Positions 13,525-25,870 of a stretch of 64,000 nucleotides of DNA are shown here, piece by piece. The translations under genes were made by a program, and so were the position numbers. The stretch spans positions 124,001 to 188,000 of the forward strand of contig CAUYUJ010000103.1 of assembly GCA_963575745.1 (NCBI GenBank), in the 5' to 3' direction. Source of the DNA: Prorocentrum cordatum. Lineage: Eukaryota. Positions within the stretch are counted from its first letter, which is position 1. Each line of letters opens with the position of its first letter. The notes below the pieces were generated by a model. That model was not told where the DNA came from, ran no database searches, and saw only the letters and a program-made list of their open reading frames with translations.

Positions 13525-14978
13525 TTACGAGGCAGACGGCCGGTGCCGCCGACCCTGTTCGCAATGCGCAGCAAGAGGCACGGGCTGTGGGATGGTTTTG
13601 GGGAACGGGGAGAAGGACGAGAAGGTGGGGGAGAGAGGTGTCGTATCTGACCCGGGACTTCCCCGGGACTCCCCCGGGACCCCCCCCGGGACCCCTTCTC
13701 CCTCCCCCGGCGGGGAAGGGAAAGGGAAGGGGCTTCCCTTCGACTCAATTACGACGTTGCTCAAGGTTGGTACGGGGGGGGGCGTCGTATCTGACCTGGG
13801 GGGGGGGTCGCTACCGCCCCCCGCTACCCCCCCCTCGCCTCCCGGCGGGGGAGGGATCAAAGGGAAGGGGCTTCCCTTCGACTCAATGACGAGGTTGCTC
13901 AAGGTCGGCTTGGCTGGAGCCCAGGGGAAGAGGAGTCCCAGGGGGGGGCGTCGTATCTGACCCGGGGGGGCGGGTACAACCCCCCTACCCCCCCCTCCTC
14001 CCGGCGGGGAGGGATCAAAGGGAAGGGCTTCCCTTCGACTCAATTAAGAGGGTTGTCAGCGTCCCAGGGAAGAGGAAGTCCCAGGGGGGGCGTCGTACGG
14101 CGTATCTGACATTTGGGGGGGGTCGGACCCCCCCCATACCCCCCCCCCCTCCCGGCGGGGGAGGGATCAAAGGGAAGGGGCTTCCCTTCGACTCAATTAC
14201 GAGGTTGCTCAAGGTCGGCTTGGCTGGAGCCCAGGGGAAGAGGAGTCCCAGGGGGGGCGTCGTATCTGCGCCGGTTGGGGGGTCGGGGGTCGGTACCCCC
14301 CAACCCCCCCCCCCCTCCCGGCGGGGGAGGGAATCGTCGGGAACTCGGAGCCTACGTGCCGGGACAGCCGAATTACTAAAACCCAGCGGATGGAAACCCA
14401 GGGGAAAGGGACGTCCCAGGGGGGGGGCGATCTATCTCACCCCGGGGGGGGGGTCGGTACCCCCACCCCAACCCCCCCCCTCCCGGCGGGGGAGGGATCA
14501 AAGGGAAGGGGCTTCCCTTCGACTCAATTACGAGGTTGCTCAAGGTCGGCTTGGCTGGAGCCCAGGGGAAGAGGAGTCCCAGGGGGGGCGTCGTATCTGA
14601 CCCGGGGGGGGGTCGCTACCCCCCCCCCCTCCCGGCGGGGGAGGGATCAAAGGGAAGGGGCTTCCCTTCGACTCAATTACGAGGTTGCTCAAGGTCGGCT
14701 TGGCTGGAGCCCAGGGGAAGAGGCGTCCCAGGGGGGGGCGTCGTATCTGACCCGGGGGGGGGTCGCTACCCCCCTCCCCCTCCCGGCGGGGGAGGGATCA
14801 AAGGGAAGGGGCTTCCTTTCGACTCAATTACGAGGTTGCTCAAGGTCGGCTTGGCTGGAGCCCAGGGGAAGAGGTCTCCCAGGGAAAGGGAAGGACAGAG
14901 ACGACGAGTACAAAGAATGACGGAGATGACGGCTCGAACGGAAAAGCCCCTCACACACGCCGACAGGGTCGGCGGATT
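13525..14978 (+). mobile_element. Helentron/HINE-like non-autonomous element with internal ~150-bp tandem repeat
   Basis: Subterminal inverted repeat CCGCCGACCCTGT (13546-13558) / ACAGGGTCGGCGG (14963-14975), 3' stem-loop CGCCGAC-AGG-GTCGGCG followed by GATTT, preceded by TT; interrupts a satellite unit. Confidence 0.65.
13640..14890. repeat. ~150-bp G/C-run-rich tandem repeat, about 7-8 copies
   Basis: AAAGGGAAGGGGCTTCCCTTCGACTCAATTACG recurs; GACTCAAT at about 13742, 13880, 14037, 14190, 14521, 14670, 14821. Confidence 0.9.
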
Positions 14979-16135
14979 TATCATTTTTTTAGGAAGGAGA
15001 ATCAATCACTTGCTCAACTTGAAGCTGTCCTCTCCGCTTCTTGTGCAAACATCCCACCCTCCCACCCGCAACTTGTTCGCAAAAGCTCTGAAGACAAGAC
15101 CGTGACGGTGGGTACCAGATGGCACTTGGCCACGACACCGACGCCGACGACGACAGCGACAGCGACGACGACGACGCCGCCGACACCGACGACGACGACA
15201 CCGACGACGTCTCCAACGACTTCGACGACGACAGCGACCACGACGACGACGACACCGACGACAACGACGACGCCGACGACGACGACGATGACAACGACGA
15301 CGACGACGCCGACGACGACGACGCCGACGACGACGACGACGAAGACAACGACGACGACGGCGACAACGACGTCGCCAACGAAGACGACGACGAGGGAAGA
15401 GGGAGGACTGCGACGACGCGAACGACGAAGAAGGAGGAAGGACGGCGACGCCGACGACGACAACGACGAGGGAGGAAGGAAGACGACGACGACGACAACG
15501 ACGACGACGAGACGCCGACGACGGACGACGACGACGACGACGAGGGAGGTGGAGGAGGAAGGACGACCACGGCGACAACGACGACGGAAACGACCACGAC
15601 GCCAATGAGGACGACGACGACGAACACGAGGAAAGGCAGGACGACGTAGACGACGACGACGACGACGACGCGGGTTTTTGTAGGCTTTTTGGACATACGA
15701 TTTTGAAATCCTTCCGGAGCCGATGGGTTTTGAACGATTTCGGCATACGCGCGCGACGACGTGCGCGTCTGCACTTCGTCCCATTTTTTACGAAGGATTC
15801 TTGCGACGGCACACGCGCAAGGGCGTTCGACAGATTTCGACATGCGTTCGCGCGAAGCCCGTTTAATAGCATTTTGTGAAAATCTTGAACAACCAATGGT
15901 TAGCTTAAGATTTCGCATGAGCTCGCACGGAAGCTTTTTTAGCAAATCGGTGTTGCGAAACCTTGTAATTTAGTGTTTGTTTTGGAAACTCGGTTGCGAC
16001 ATCCTTCCGGCATCGAAGGTTTTCAAGGATTTCGGCATGCGCGCGCGACGACGCGCGCGCGTGCATTTCGTCTAATTTTGTGCAAGGGATTCGATAAAAG
16101 TGTAATGTGAGAGCAAGTAGTGTCACCGCATAGTT

Positions 16136-18062
16136 TTTTCCCCATCCAACCTGTGTTGTTGGGTCCTCGTTTTGAAGAGACGGTCCCCGCGTTCCGCGTT
16201 CCTCCTTCCTCCTTCCTCCTTCCTCCTCCTCTCCTTCCTCCTCCCTCCTCCCCTTCCCTTCTGGCACACCCCTCACACGTTTCGTGGCCCCATAGGGAGC
16301 TCCACCGAAGGCCCCAGTGGCTGCGCCCGCATGCGGTTCCACCCGCCATTCTGGCACACCCCTCACACGTTTCGTGGCCCCATAGGGAGCTCCACCGAAG
16401 GCCCCAGTGGCTGCGCCCGCATGCGGTTCCACCCCCCATTCTGGCACACCCCTCACACGTTTCGTGGCCCCATAGGGAGCTCCACCGAAGGCCCCAGTGG
16501 CTGCGCCCGCATGCGGTTCCACCCCCCATTCTGGCACACCCCTCACACGTTTCGTGGCCCCATAGGGAGCTCCACCGAAGGCCCCAGTGGCTGCGCCCGC
16601 ATGCGGTTCCACCCCCCATTCTGGCACACCCCTCACACGTTTCGTGGCCCCATAGGGAGCTCCACCGAAGGCCCCAGTGGCTGCGCCCGCATGCGGTTCC
16701 ACCCCCCATTCTGGCACACCCCTCACACGTTTCGTGGCCCCATAGGGAGCTCCACCGAAGGCCCCAGTGGCTGCGCCCGCATGCGGTTCCACCCCCCATT
16801 CTGGCACACCCCTCACACGTTTCGTGGCCCCATAGGGAGCTCCACCGAAGGCCCCAGTGGCTGCGCCCGCATGCGGTTCCACCCCCCATTCTGGTACACC
16901 CCTCACACGTTTCGTGGCCCCATAGGGAGCTCCACCGAAGGCCCCAGTGGCTGCGCCCGCATGCGGTTCCACCCCCCATTCTGGCACACCCCTCACACGT
17001 TTCGTGGCCCCATAGGGAGCTCCACCGAAGGCCCCAGTGGCTGCGCCCGCATGCGGTTCCACCCCCATTCTGGCACACCCCTCACACGTTTCGTGGCCCC
17101 ATAGGGAGCTCCACCGAAGGCCCCAGTGGCTGCGCCCGCATGCGGTTCCACCCCCCATTCTGGCACACCCCTCACACGTTTCGTGGCCCCATAGGGAGCT
17201 CCACCGAAGGCCCCAGTGGCTGCGCCCGCATGCGGTTCCACCCCCCATTCTGGCACACCCCTCACACGTTTCGTGGCCCCATAGGGAGCTCCACCGAAGG
17301 CCCCAGTGGCTGCGCCCGCATGCGGTTCCACCTCACACGTTTCGTGGCACACCCCTCACACCATAGGGAGCTCCACCGAAGGCCCCATGGCTGCGCTCCA
17401 TGCGGTTCCACACCCCATTCTGGCAACACCCCTCACACGTTTCGTGGCCCCATAGGAGCTCCACCGAAGGCCCCATGGCTGCGCCCGCATGCGGTTCCAC
17501 CCCCATCCTGGCACACCCCTCACACGTTTCGTGGCCCCATAGGGAGCTCCACCGAAGGCCCCAGTGGCTGCGCCTGCATGCGGTTCCACCCCCCATTCTG
17601 GCACACCCCTCACACGTTTAGTGGCCCCATAGGGAGCTCCACCGAAGGCCCCAGTGGCTGCGCCCGCATGCGGTTCCACCCCCCATTTCTGGCACACCCC
17701 TCACACGTTTCGTGGCCCCATAGGGAGCTCCACCGAAGCCCCAGGGCTGCGCCCGCATGCGGTTCCACCCCCCATTCTGGCATACCCCTCGCACGTTTCG
17801 TGGCCCCATAGGGGCTCCACCGAAGGCCCCAGTGGCTGCGCCCGCATGCGGTTCCACCCCCCATTCTGGCACACCCCTCACACGTTTCGTGGCCCCATAG
17901 GGAGCTCCACCGAGCGCCCCAGTGGCTGCGCTCGCATGCGGTTCTACCCCCCCATGTCGGCACACCCCTCACTTGTTTCGTGACCCGGGGGCGCCACCGA
18001 AGAATATATCCACAATTGCGGTATTCACAACTACGTATGGTTGGGTCTTTCGTCAGGCTAAT
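16136..18062 (-). mobile_element. Inserted non-autonomous element carrying a 90-bp minisatellite (possibly HINE-like)
   Basis: Foreign block between two ..CACCGCATAGT(G)TTTT satellite segments; on the minus strand starts after TT with CCCAACCAT and ends CCCAAC..GTTGGATGGGG-A6. Confidence 0.5.
16261..17975. repeat. 90-bp minisatellite, about 19 copies
   Basis: Unit CTGGCACACCCCTCACACGTTTCGTGGCCCCATAGGGAGCTCCACCGAAGGCCCCAGTGGCTGCGCCCGCATGCGGTTCCACCCCCCATT; gives 30-aa periodic ORFs. Confidence 0.97.
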
Positions 18063-18850
18063 TTGCAAAATGTGCTATGTTGGAGCAACAAATGCCACCG
18101 CATAGTGTTTTTTACCAGGGAACCTCAGGGGGGGGATACCAGCCCCCAGGGGATAGTGTAAATTCATATTTGGGATGGACATGTGGTCAGAATCGTATAT
18201 GATTTGCATACTCGAAAGGTGAACCGATAACACCGGGGTGGGTAGAGTCTCTTTTGTTTTTAGAAACGAGAATTGTTTTTCGCCCATGATGTGACACATC
18301 CCGCGCTCTTGCAAACATCCCACCCACCCACCCGCAAGTTGGTTTGCAAAAGCTCTTAAGACCGACTACGACGACACCGACGACAACGACTACGACGACA
18401 CCGACGACGTTTCCGACGACAACGACGCCGACGCCGACGACGACGAAGACGACGACGACGCCAACGAAGACGACGACGAGGGAGGAGGAAGGACGACGAC
18501 GGCGACAACGACGACAACGACGACAACGACGAGGGAGGAGGGAGGACGGCGACGACGCGAACGACGAAGAAGGAGGAAGGACGGCGACGCCGACGATGAC
18601 AACGACGAAGGAGGAGGGAAGACGACGACGAAAACGACGACGACGACGGCGACGAAATAGGAGGGACGACGACGAGACGACGACGACGAACGACGACGAC
18701 GACGACGAGGGAGGAGGAGGAAGGACGAAAAGTCGACAACGACGACGGAAACGACCACGACGCCAAAGAGGACGACGACGACGAACACGAGGAAAGACAG
18801 AGGACGACGTAGGCGGCGACGACGACGACGACGACGCGGGAGGAGGGAGA

Positions 18851-18883
<33 letters not shown>

Positions 18884-21800
18884 TCGGAAGAGCGCGCGCG
18901 AACGCTTTTGTTGGAAATCCGTGTTGCGAAACCTTGTGTTTTTTGCCGGTTTTTTGGGACACACGATTTTGAAATCTTTCTGGAACCGATGGGTTTTGAA
19001 GGATTTCGGCATACGCGCGCGACGACGCGCGCGTCTGCACTTCGTCCCGTTTTTTGCATAGGGTTCTCGCGAAGGCACACGCGCAAGGGCGTTCGACAGA
19101 TTTCGACATGCGCGCGCGCGAAGCCCGTTTTATTGGATTGTTTGTTTGAGCATCTTGAAGAACCCATGGTTTTCGTAAGATTTCGCAAGAGCTCGCGCGG
19201 AAGCTTTTTTAGCACATCAGTGTTGCGAAGCCCTGTGTTTTAGTATGTTGTTTGGAAACTCGATTGCGAAATCCTTCCAGCACCGAAAGTTTTTCAAGGA
19301 TTCCAGCATGCGCGCGCGACGACGCGCGCCTGTGCACTTCGTCATTTTTTGCAACGGATTCCTGACACAGTGTTATGTTAGAACAAAAATGTCATCGCAT
19401 AGTGTTTGTTACAAGGGAACCTCAGGGGGGGGCTACCGGCCCTCTGGGGATAATGTAAATTCATATATAGGATGAACATGTGGTCAGAATCATACATGAA
19501 TTACATACCCGAAAGGTGAACCGATACCGCCGGGGGTGGTAGATCCTATTCTGTTTTTAGAAAGGAGAAGTGCTCAACTTGAAGCTGTCTTCTCCACTGC
19601 TCGTGCAAACATCCCACTCTCCCACCCGCAACTTGGTCGCAAGATCTCTTAAAACAAGACCGTGACGGTGGGTACCAGATGGCACCTGGCCGCGACACCG
19701 ACGCCGACGACGTCAGCGACGACGACGACGACGGCGCCGCCGACACCGACGACGACGACACCGACGACGTCTCCAACGACTTCGGCGACGACAGCGACCA
19801 CGACGACGACGACACCGACGACGACGACGCCGACGACGACGATGACAACGACGCCGACGACGACGCCGACGACGACGCCGACGACGCCGACGACGAAGAC
19901 AACGACGACGACGACAACGACGTCGCCAACGAAAACGACGACGAGGGAGGGGGGAGGACGACGACGGCGACAACGACGACGACGACGACAACGACGAGGG
20001 AGGAGGGAGGACGGCGACGACGCGAACGACGAAGAAGGAGGAAGGACGGCGACGCCCGCGACGACAACGACGAGGGAGAAGGGAAGACGACGACAACGAC
20101 GACGACGACGACGACGCCGACGCCGACGCCAACGACGACGAAGACGACGACGACGACGACGAGGGAGGAGGAGGAAGGACGACCACGGCGACAACGACGA
20201 CGGAAACGACCACGACGCCAACGAGAACGACGACGACGAACACGAGGAAAGACAGAGGACGACGTAGGCGACGACAGCGACGACGACGCGGGAGGAGGGA
20301 GGACGGCGACGACGACGACGACGACGCAAGAGTGCGCGCGCACGCTTTTGTTGAAAATCCGTGTTGCGAAACCTCGGGTTTTTGTAGGTTTTGGGGGACA
20401 TGATTTTGAAGTCCTTCCGAAACCTATGGGTTTTGAAGGATTTCGGCGCACGCGCGCGACGACGCGCGCGTCTGCACTTCGTTTCATTTTTTGCACAGGA
20501 TTCTCGCGACAGCACGCGCGCAAGGGCCTTCGACAGATTTCGACACGCGCGCGCGCGAAGCCCGTTTCATAGCATTTTGTGAAAATCTTGAAGAACCCAT
20601 GGTTTTCTTAAGATTTCGCAAGAGCTCGCGCGGAAGCTTTTTTTAGCAAATCCGTGTTGCGAGACCCTGTGTTTTTGTAGGTGTTTTGGCAACTCGATTG
20701 CGAAATCTCTCCGGCACCGAAGGTTTTTGAAGGATTTCGGCATGCGCGCGCGACGATGCGCGCGTGCGCACTTCGTCTTTTTTTGGAATGGGATGCGCGA
20801 AACAGTCTTATGTGAGAGCAAAACATGTCACCGCATATTGTTTTTCACAAGGGAACTTCCGGTGGGGAATACCGGCCCCCCGGGGATAATGTAAATTCAC
20901 ATTTGGGATGGACATGTGGTCCGAGTCATATGATAACGCCAGGGGGGGTGGATCCTATTCTGTTTTTAGAAAGGATAACCTATCATTTGCTCAAGTTGAC
21001 CGTGTCCTCTCCGCTGCTCGTGCAAACATCCCACCCTCCCACCCGCAACTTGGTCGCAAGACCTCTTAAAAACAAGACCGTGACGGTGGGTACCAGATGG
21101 CACTTGGCCACGACACCGACGCTGACGACGACAGCGACGACGACGACGGCGCCGCCGACACCGACGACGACGACACCGACGACGTCTCCAACGACGTCGA
21201 CGACGACAGCGACCACGACGGCAACGACACCGACGACGACGACGACGCCGACGACGACGACGATAACAACGACGACGACGACGCCGACGACGACGCCGAC
21301 GACGACGACGAAGACAACGACGACGACGGCAACGACGTCGCCAACGAAGACGACGACGAGGGAGGGGGGAGGACGACGACGGCGACAACGACGACAACGA
21401 CGACAACGACGAGGGAGGAGGGAGGACGGCGACGACGCGAACGACGAAAACGGAGGAAGGACGGCGACGCCGACGACGACAACGACGAGGGAGGAAGGAT
21501 GACGACGACGACGACGACGACGACGGCGACGAAATATGAGGGACGACGACGAGACGCCGACGACGGACGACGACGACGAGGAGGAAGAAGGACGACGAGG
21601 AGGAAGAAGGACGAAGGCGACAACGACGACGGAAACGACCACGACGCCAACGAGGACGACGACGACGAACACGAAGAAAGACAGAGGACGACGTAGGCGA
21701 CGACAACGACGACGACGCGGGAGGAGGGAGGACGGCGACGACGACGACGACGACGACGCAAGAGCGCGCGCGCACGCTTTTGTTGACAATCCGTTTTGTG

Positions 21801-22739
21801 CAACCTTGGGTTTTTGTAGGTTTTTGCACACGATTTTGAAGTCCTTCCGAAACCGATGGGTTTTGAAGGATTTCGGCATACGCGCGCGACGACGCGCGCG
21901 TCTGCACTTCGTCTCGTTTTTTGCACAGGATTGCCGCGACGGCACACGCGCAAGGGCGTTCGACAGATTTCGACACGCGCGCGCGCGAAGCCCGGTTAAT
22001 AGCATTTTGTGGACATCTTGAACAACCCATTGTTTTTCTTAAGATTTCGCAAGAGCTCGCGCGGAAGCTTTTTTAGCAAATCCGTGTCGCGAAACCATGT
22101 GTTTTTGTATGTTTTTGGGGAATTCGACTGCGAAGTCTTTCCGGCACCGAAGGTTTTGAAGGATTTCGGCATGCGCGCGCGACGACGCGCGTGCGCGCAC
22201 TTCGTCTCGTTTTTTGCCAGGGATTCGTGAACAAGGATTATGTTAGAACAAAAATGTCACCGCATAGTGTTCTTTTACAAGGGGCCCTCAGGGGGGGGTT
22301 ACCGGCCCCCCGGGGATAGTGCAACTTCATATTTAGGATGGACATGTGGTCAGAATCATACGTGGTTCACATACCCGAAAAGGGGACCGATAACGCGAGG
22401 GTGCGCCGCTGGATCTCCCCAAAGGGGGGGGGGGTACGACCCCCCCCCTCCCCCCTTCCCCGATCCGTTGTCGGGGAACCCCCGCCCCCCTCCCCCCCTT
22501 CCCCGATCCGTCGTCGGGGACCCCCCCCTTCCCCCCTTTTCCCCGATCCGTCGTCGGGGAACCCCCCACCTCTCCCCTTTCAAAAAGGCGGGGGGGGTCC
22601 GAACCCCCCCGCCCATACCCTCCTTTCGCCACGCCGCCCCCTGACTCCGGAACCCGGACCCCGCCACCCCTACCCCTAGTTTTCGCCCTCACCCAAAGCC
22701 CTAATCTTAACCCCAACCACTAACCCCAGCCCCAAAGAG

Positions 22740-23955
22740 TACTCACTACTCATTACTCACTACCCACTACTGACTACTCGCTATTCGCTACTCACTTCTC
22801 ACTACCCCCTACTCACTACCCACGACTCACTACTCACTATCCACAACTCACTACCCACCACCCACTACTCGCTACTCACGATTCCCTATTCACTACCCCC
22901 TCCTACCTACTCACTCCTCACTACCCATTACCCAATACTAATACTCACTACTCACTAAGCACTATTCACTACTCCCTATTCACTAATCACTATTCACTAC
23001 CCACTACCCACTATCCACTACTCACTACTCACTACTAACTACTCATTGCCTACAAATCACTACTCAGTACCCACTACTCGCTATTCGCTACTCCCTACTC
23101 CCTACACAATACTGGCTACACAGTACTCAGTACTTCGCTGCTCCCATACTCGCTACTCAATACTCACTACTCACATCCCGCTTTTCACGATTCACTACTC
23201 ACTACTTACTACTCCCTACTCACTAGTCACTACATAGTCTCTAGTCACTAGTCACAACACACTAGTCACTAGTCACTATTCACTACCCACTACCCACTAC
23301 TCACCAACCGCTACTCACTACCCACTAAGCGCTACCCACCACTTACTACTCACTGCTCACTACTCCCTACTCACTACTCATTACTCACTACTCGCTACTC
23401 CGTACTCGTTACTCACTGATCAGTACCCACTACTCACTACTGACTACTCTCTACTTACTACTCACTACTCACTACGCCCTACTCGCTCCTCACTACTCAC
23501 TACTCACTACCCACTACTCACTACCCAGTGCCACTACCCACTACTCTCTATTCATCACTACTCATTACTCAATACTTATTACGCATTACGTACTACTTAG
23601 TACTCACTACTCCCTACTCACTACTCACTACTTACCCACTACTCACTACTCACTACTCACTACGCCCTTCGCACTACCCACTATTCACTACTCATGAATC
23701 ACTACCCGCCACCCACTACTCACTACCCACTATTCATTGCTCCCTTTGCCCACTCAGTACTCACTACTCGCTACTTGCTACTCACTACTCACTATTCACT
23801 ACTCGCCATTCACTACTCACTTATCAGTACACACTACACACTACTCCCTACTCCCTACTCCCTACTCGCCACTCAATACCCACTATGCAGTACCCAATGC
23901 TCACTACGCACTAACTCACTACTCACCACTCCCTACTCCCAACTCCGCACTCCCT
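22740..23955. repeat. Degenerate (CTACTCA)n heptamer microsatellite
   Basis: About 1.2 kb of ACTCACT/ACCCACT variants, almost G-free on the + strand. Confidence 0.95.
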
Positions 23956-24075
23956 ACACGAGGGGGGGGGGGGGGGGTCCGAACCCCCCCCCTTCTTTCC
24001 AGCGCCAAGGGGGGGAGAGGGGGCGGGGGTTCCTGACCCCCCCCCCCCCCCCCTCCCCCGCCCACCCCCCTCAAG

Positions 24076-24107
<32 letters not shown>

Positions 24108-25284
24108 TCGGAACTCCCACCCCCCGTATGGGGGGGGGGGTGGGCCGCGCGTGGGTCACTTTACAACCAGAAGCGCACTTTACAACCAGATGGGCCACTT
24201 TGCAACCAGCTGACAAAAACCGAGAAGGGCACTTCACAACCAGGAAGGGCATTTTACAACCAGGCAAGTAAAAACACATATTGAATGCACGCGTGCCTTT
24301 CCCTGAAATCTCCGTGGGCAAGCGCAAGGGTGGCTTTGGGCTCTTTGAGGCATGTTGGTTGTGAAGTTGCCCATCGCGCGCGAAGAAGCACTGCGCGCGA
24401 GTTGGCGACGCGGCGACCTGGTGCGCTATGGCATGTTGCGTGCTGGTGGGCGGACTCGAGTTTTGACCTGCTCTCTAAGCTCTGTCGGTCAGTTCTGCCA
24501 TTGCTTGCTCCGCCTTTTTTTTTTTTCTGGCGGGCGAAGGCTAGTTGCGCAGGGCGTACGAATAAACCATGACCCCGTCCAAGACTGGAGCTGCAGGGCA
24601 GTGGAAAGCTGTAGTGGGAGATGTGGTGGTAGCGGGGGCTACGATGGGAACTGCATGGTGTTGGGAAGCTGCGGTGGCCACTGTGGTGGTCGCCAGGCAA
24701 CGGTGGGAACTGTGGTGGTAGCTGGGATGCAATGGGATTTGCGGTAGTAGCGGGGGGTCAGTCGGAATTGTGGAGGTAGCGGGGCTGCAGCGGTAAGCGT
24801 GGTGGTAGCAGGCACAAAGGTGGCGGTGATGCGCTGTCACGGTGGCTCATGCTGCTGCGCTGGCACGGTGGCTGAGGCTGCTGCCCGAGCAGGATACCTG
24901 CATTGCTGCGCTGGCACTGTGGCTGACGCTGGAAGAAACGATCTTCGAAATAGTTGCATTTATTCGGAACGTGGAACTTCGATCTTCCAAGACGAGGAGC
25001 AGCAGGGGGCCAACTGGAGCTGGCGCACTTAGCCCCTCGCAGAACACCGTGGGGCTTCAGGGGCCAACGTGGCCCAAGAGACCCGCGGTGCCAATGGCCT
25101 AGTTCCCTGGAGCGCTGGGCCCTTGTGGAGGCCACTGGGCTCGCTTCCTGTGAGTGACCCCTCAAATGGGCAGCGCGTCGCCCTGAGCCTTCCTACGTAC
25201 GCTGTCGCCTTATTCCCGTGCGAGCACGGGGCCCTTGTTGAGGCCGCTTGGCCCCAGCTAGCAAGCCCTGTCTTAGTCTGCTGG

Positions 25285-25870
25285 GCTCAGAGCGCCAGAG
25301 CGTCCAGGCGCTCGGGCTCAGAGGCATCGCTGGGGCCTGCTCAGAGCGTCCAGGCGCTCGGGCTCAGAGGCATCGCTGGGGCCTGCGCGGAGCGTCCAGG
25401 TCCTCGGGCTCAGAGGCATCGCTGGGGCCTGCGCAGAGCGTCCAGGTCCTCGGGCTCAGAGGCATCGCTGGGGCCTGCGCAGAGAGTTCAGGCGCTCGGG
25501 CTCCAGAGCGCCCACGTGCTCTGGATCACTTTTCAGAGCGTCCGCGCGCCCTGGAGCACTTTTGAGAGCGCCCACTTGCTCTGGAGCATTTTTCAGAGCG
25601 CCCACTTGCTCTGGGGCATTTTTCAGAGCGCCCACTTGCTCTGGGGCACTTTGCGGAACGCCCAAACACGCACGGCCACTCTGAGCTGGTTGTAAAGTGG
25701 TCCGTTCTGGTTGTGAAGTGGCCCGTTCTGGTTGTAAAGTGGTCCGTTCTGGTTGTAAAGTGGGCCGTTCTGGTTGCAAAGTGGACGTTCTCGATGAAAA
25801 AACATACTTTCCAATCCTATGTTGGTTGTAAAGTAACCCATCTGGTTGTAAAGTGGTTGCTCTGGTTGTA
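25285..25870. repeat. Adjacent 46-bp, 30-bp and ~21-bp tandem arrays
   Basis: GAGCGTCCAGG at 25298, 25344, 25390, 25436; CAGAGCGCCCAC 30-bp period at ~25503-25650; CTGGTTGTAAAGTGG repeats 25686-25870, inverted relative to ACTTTACAACCAG repeats at 24158-24263. Confidence 0.9.

Noticed and set aside
16261..17975. CRISPR array or 30-aa repeat protein
   Set aside because: Head-to-tail identical units without spacers, no cas genes, eukaryotic context; ORFs follow from the 90-bp period.
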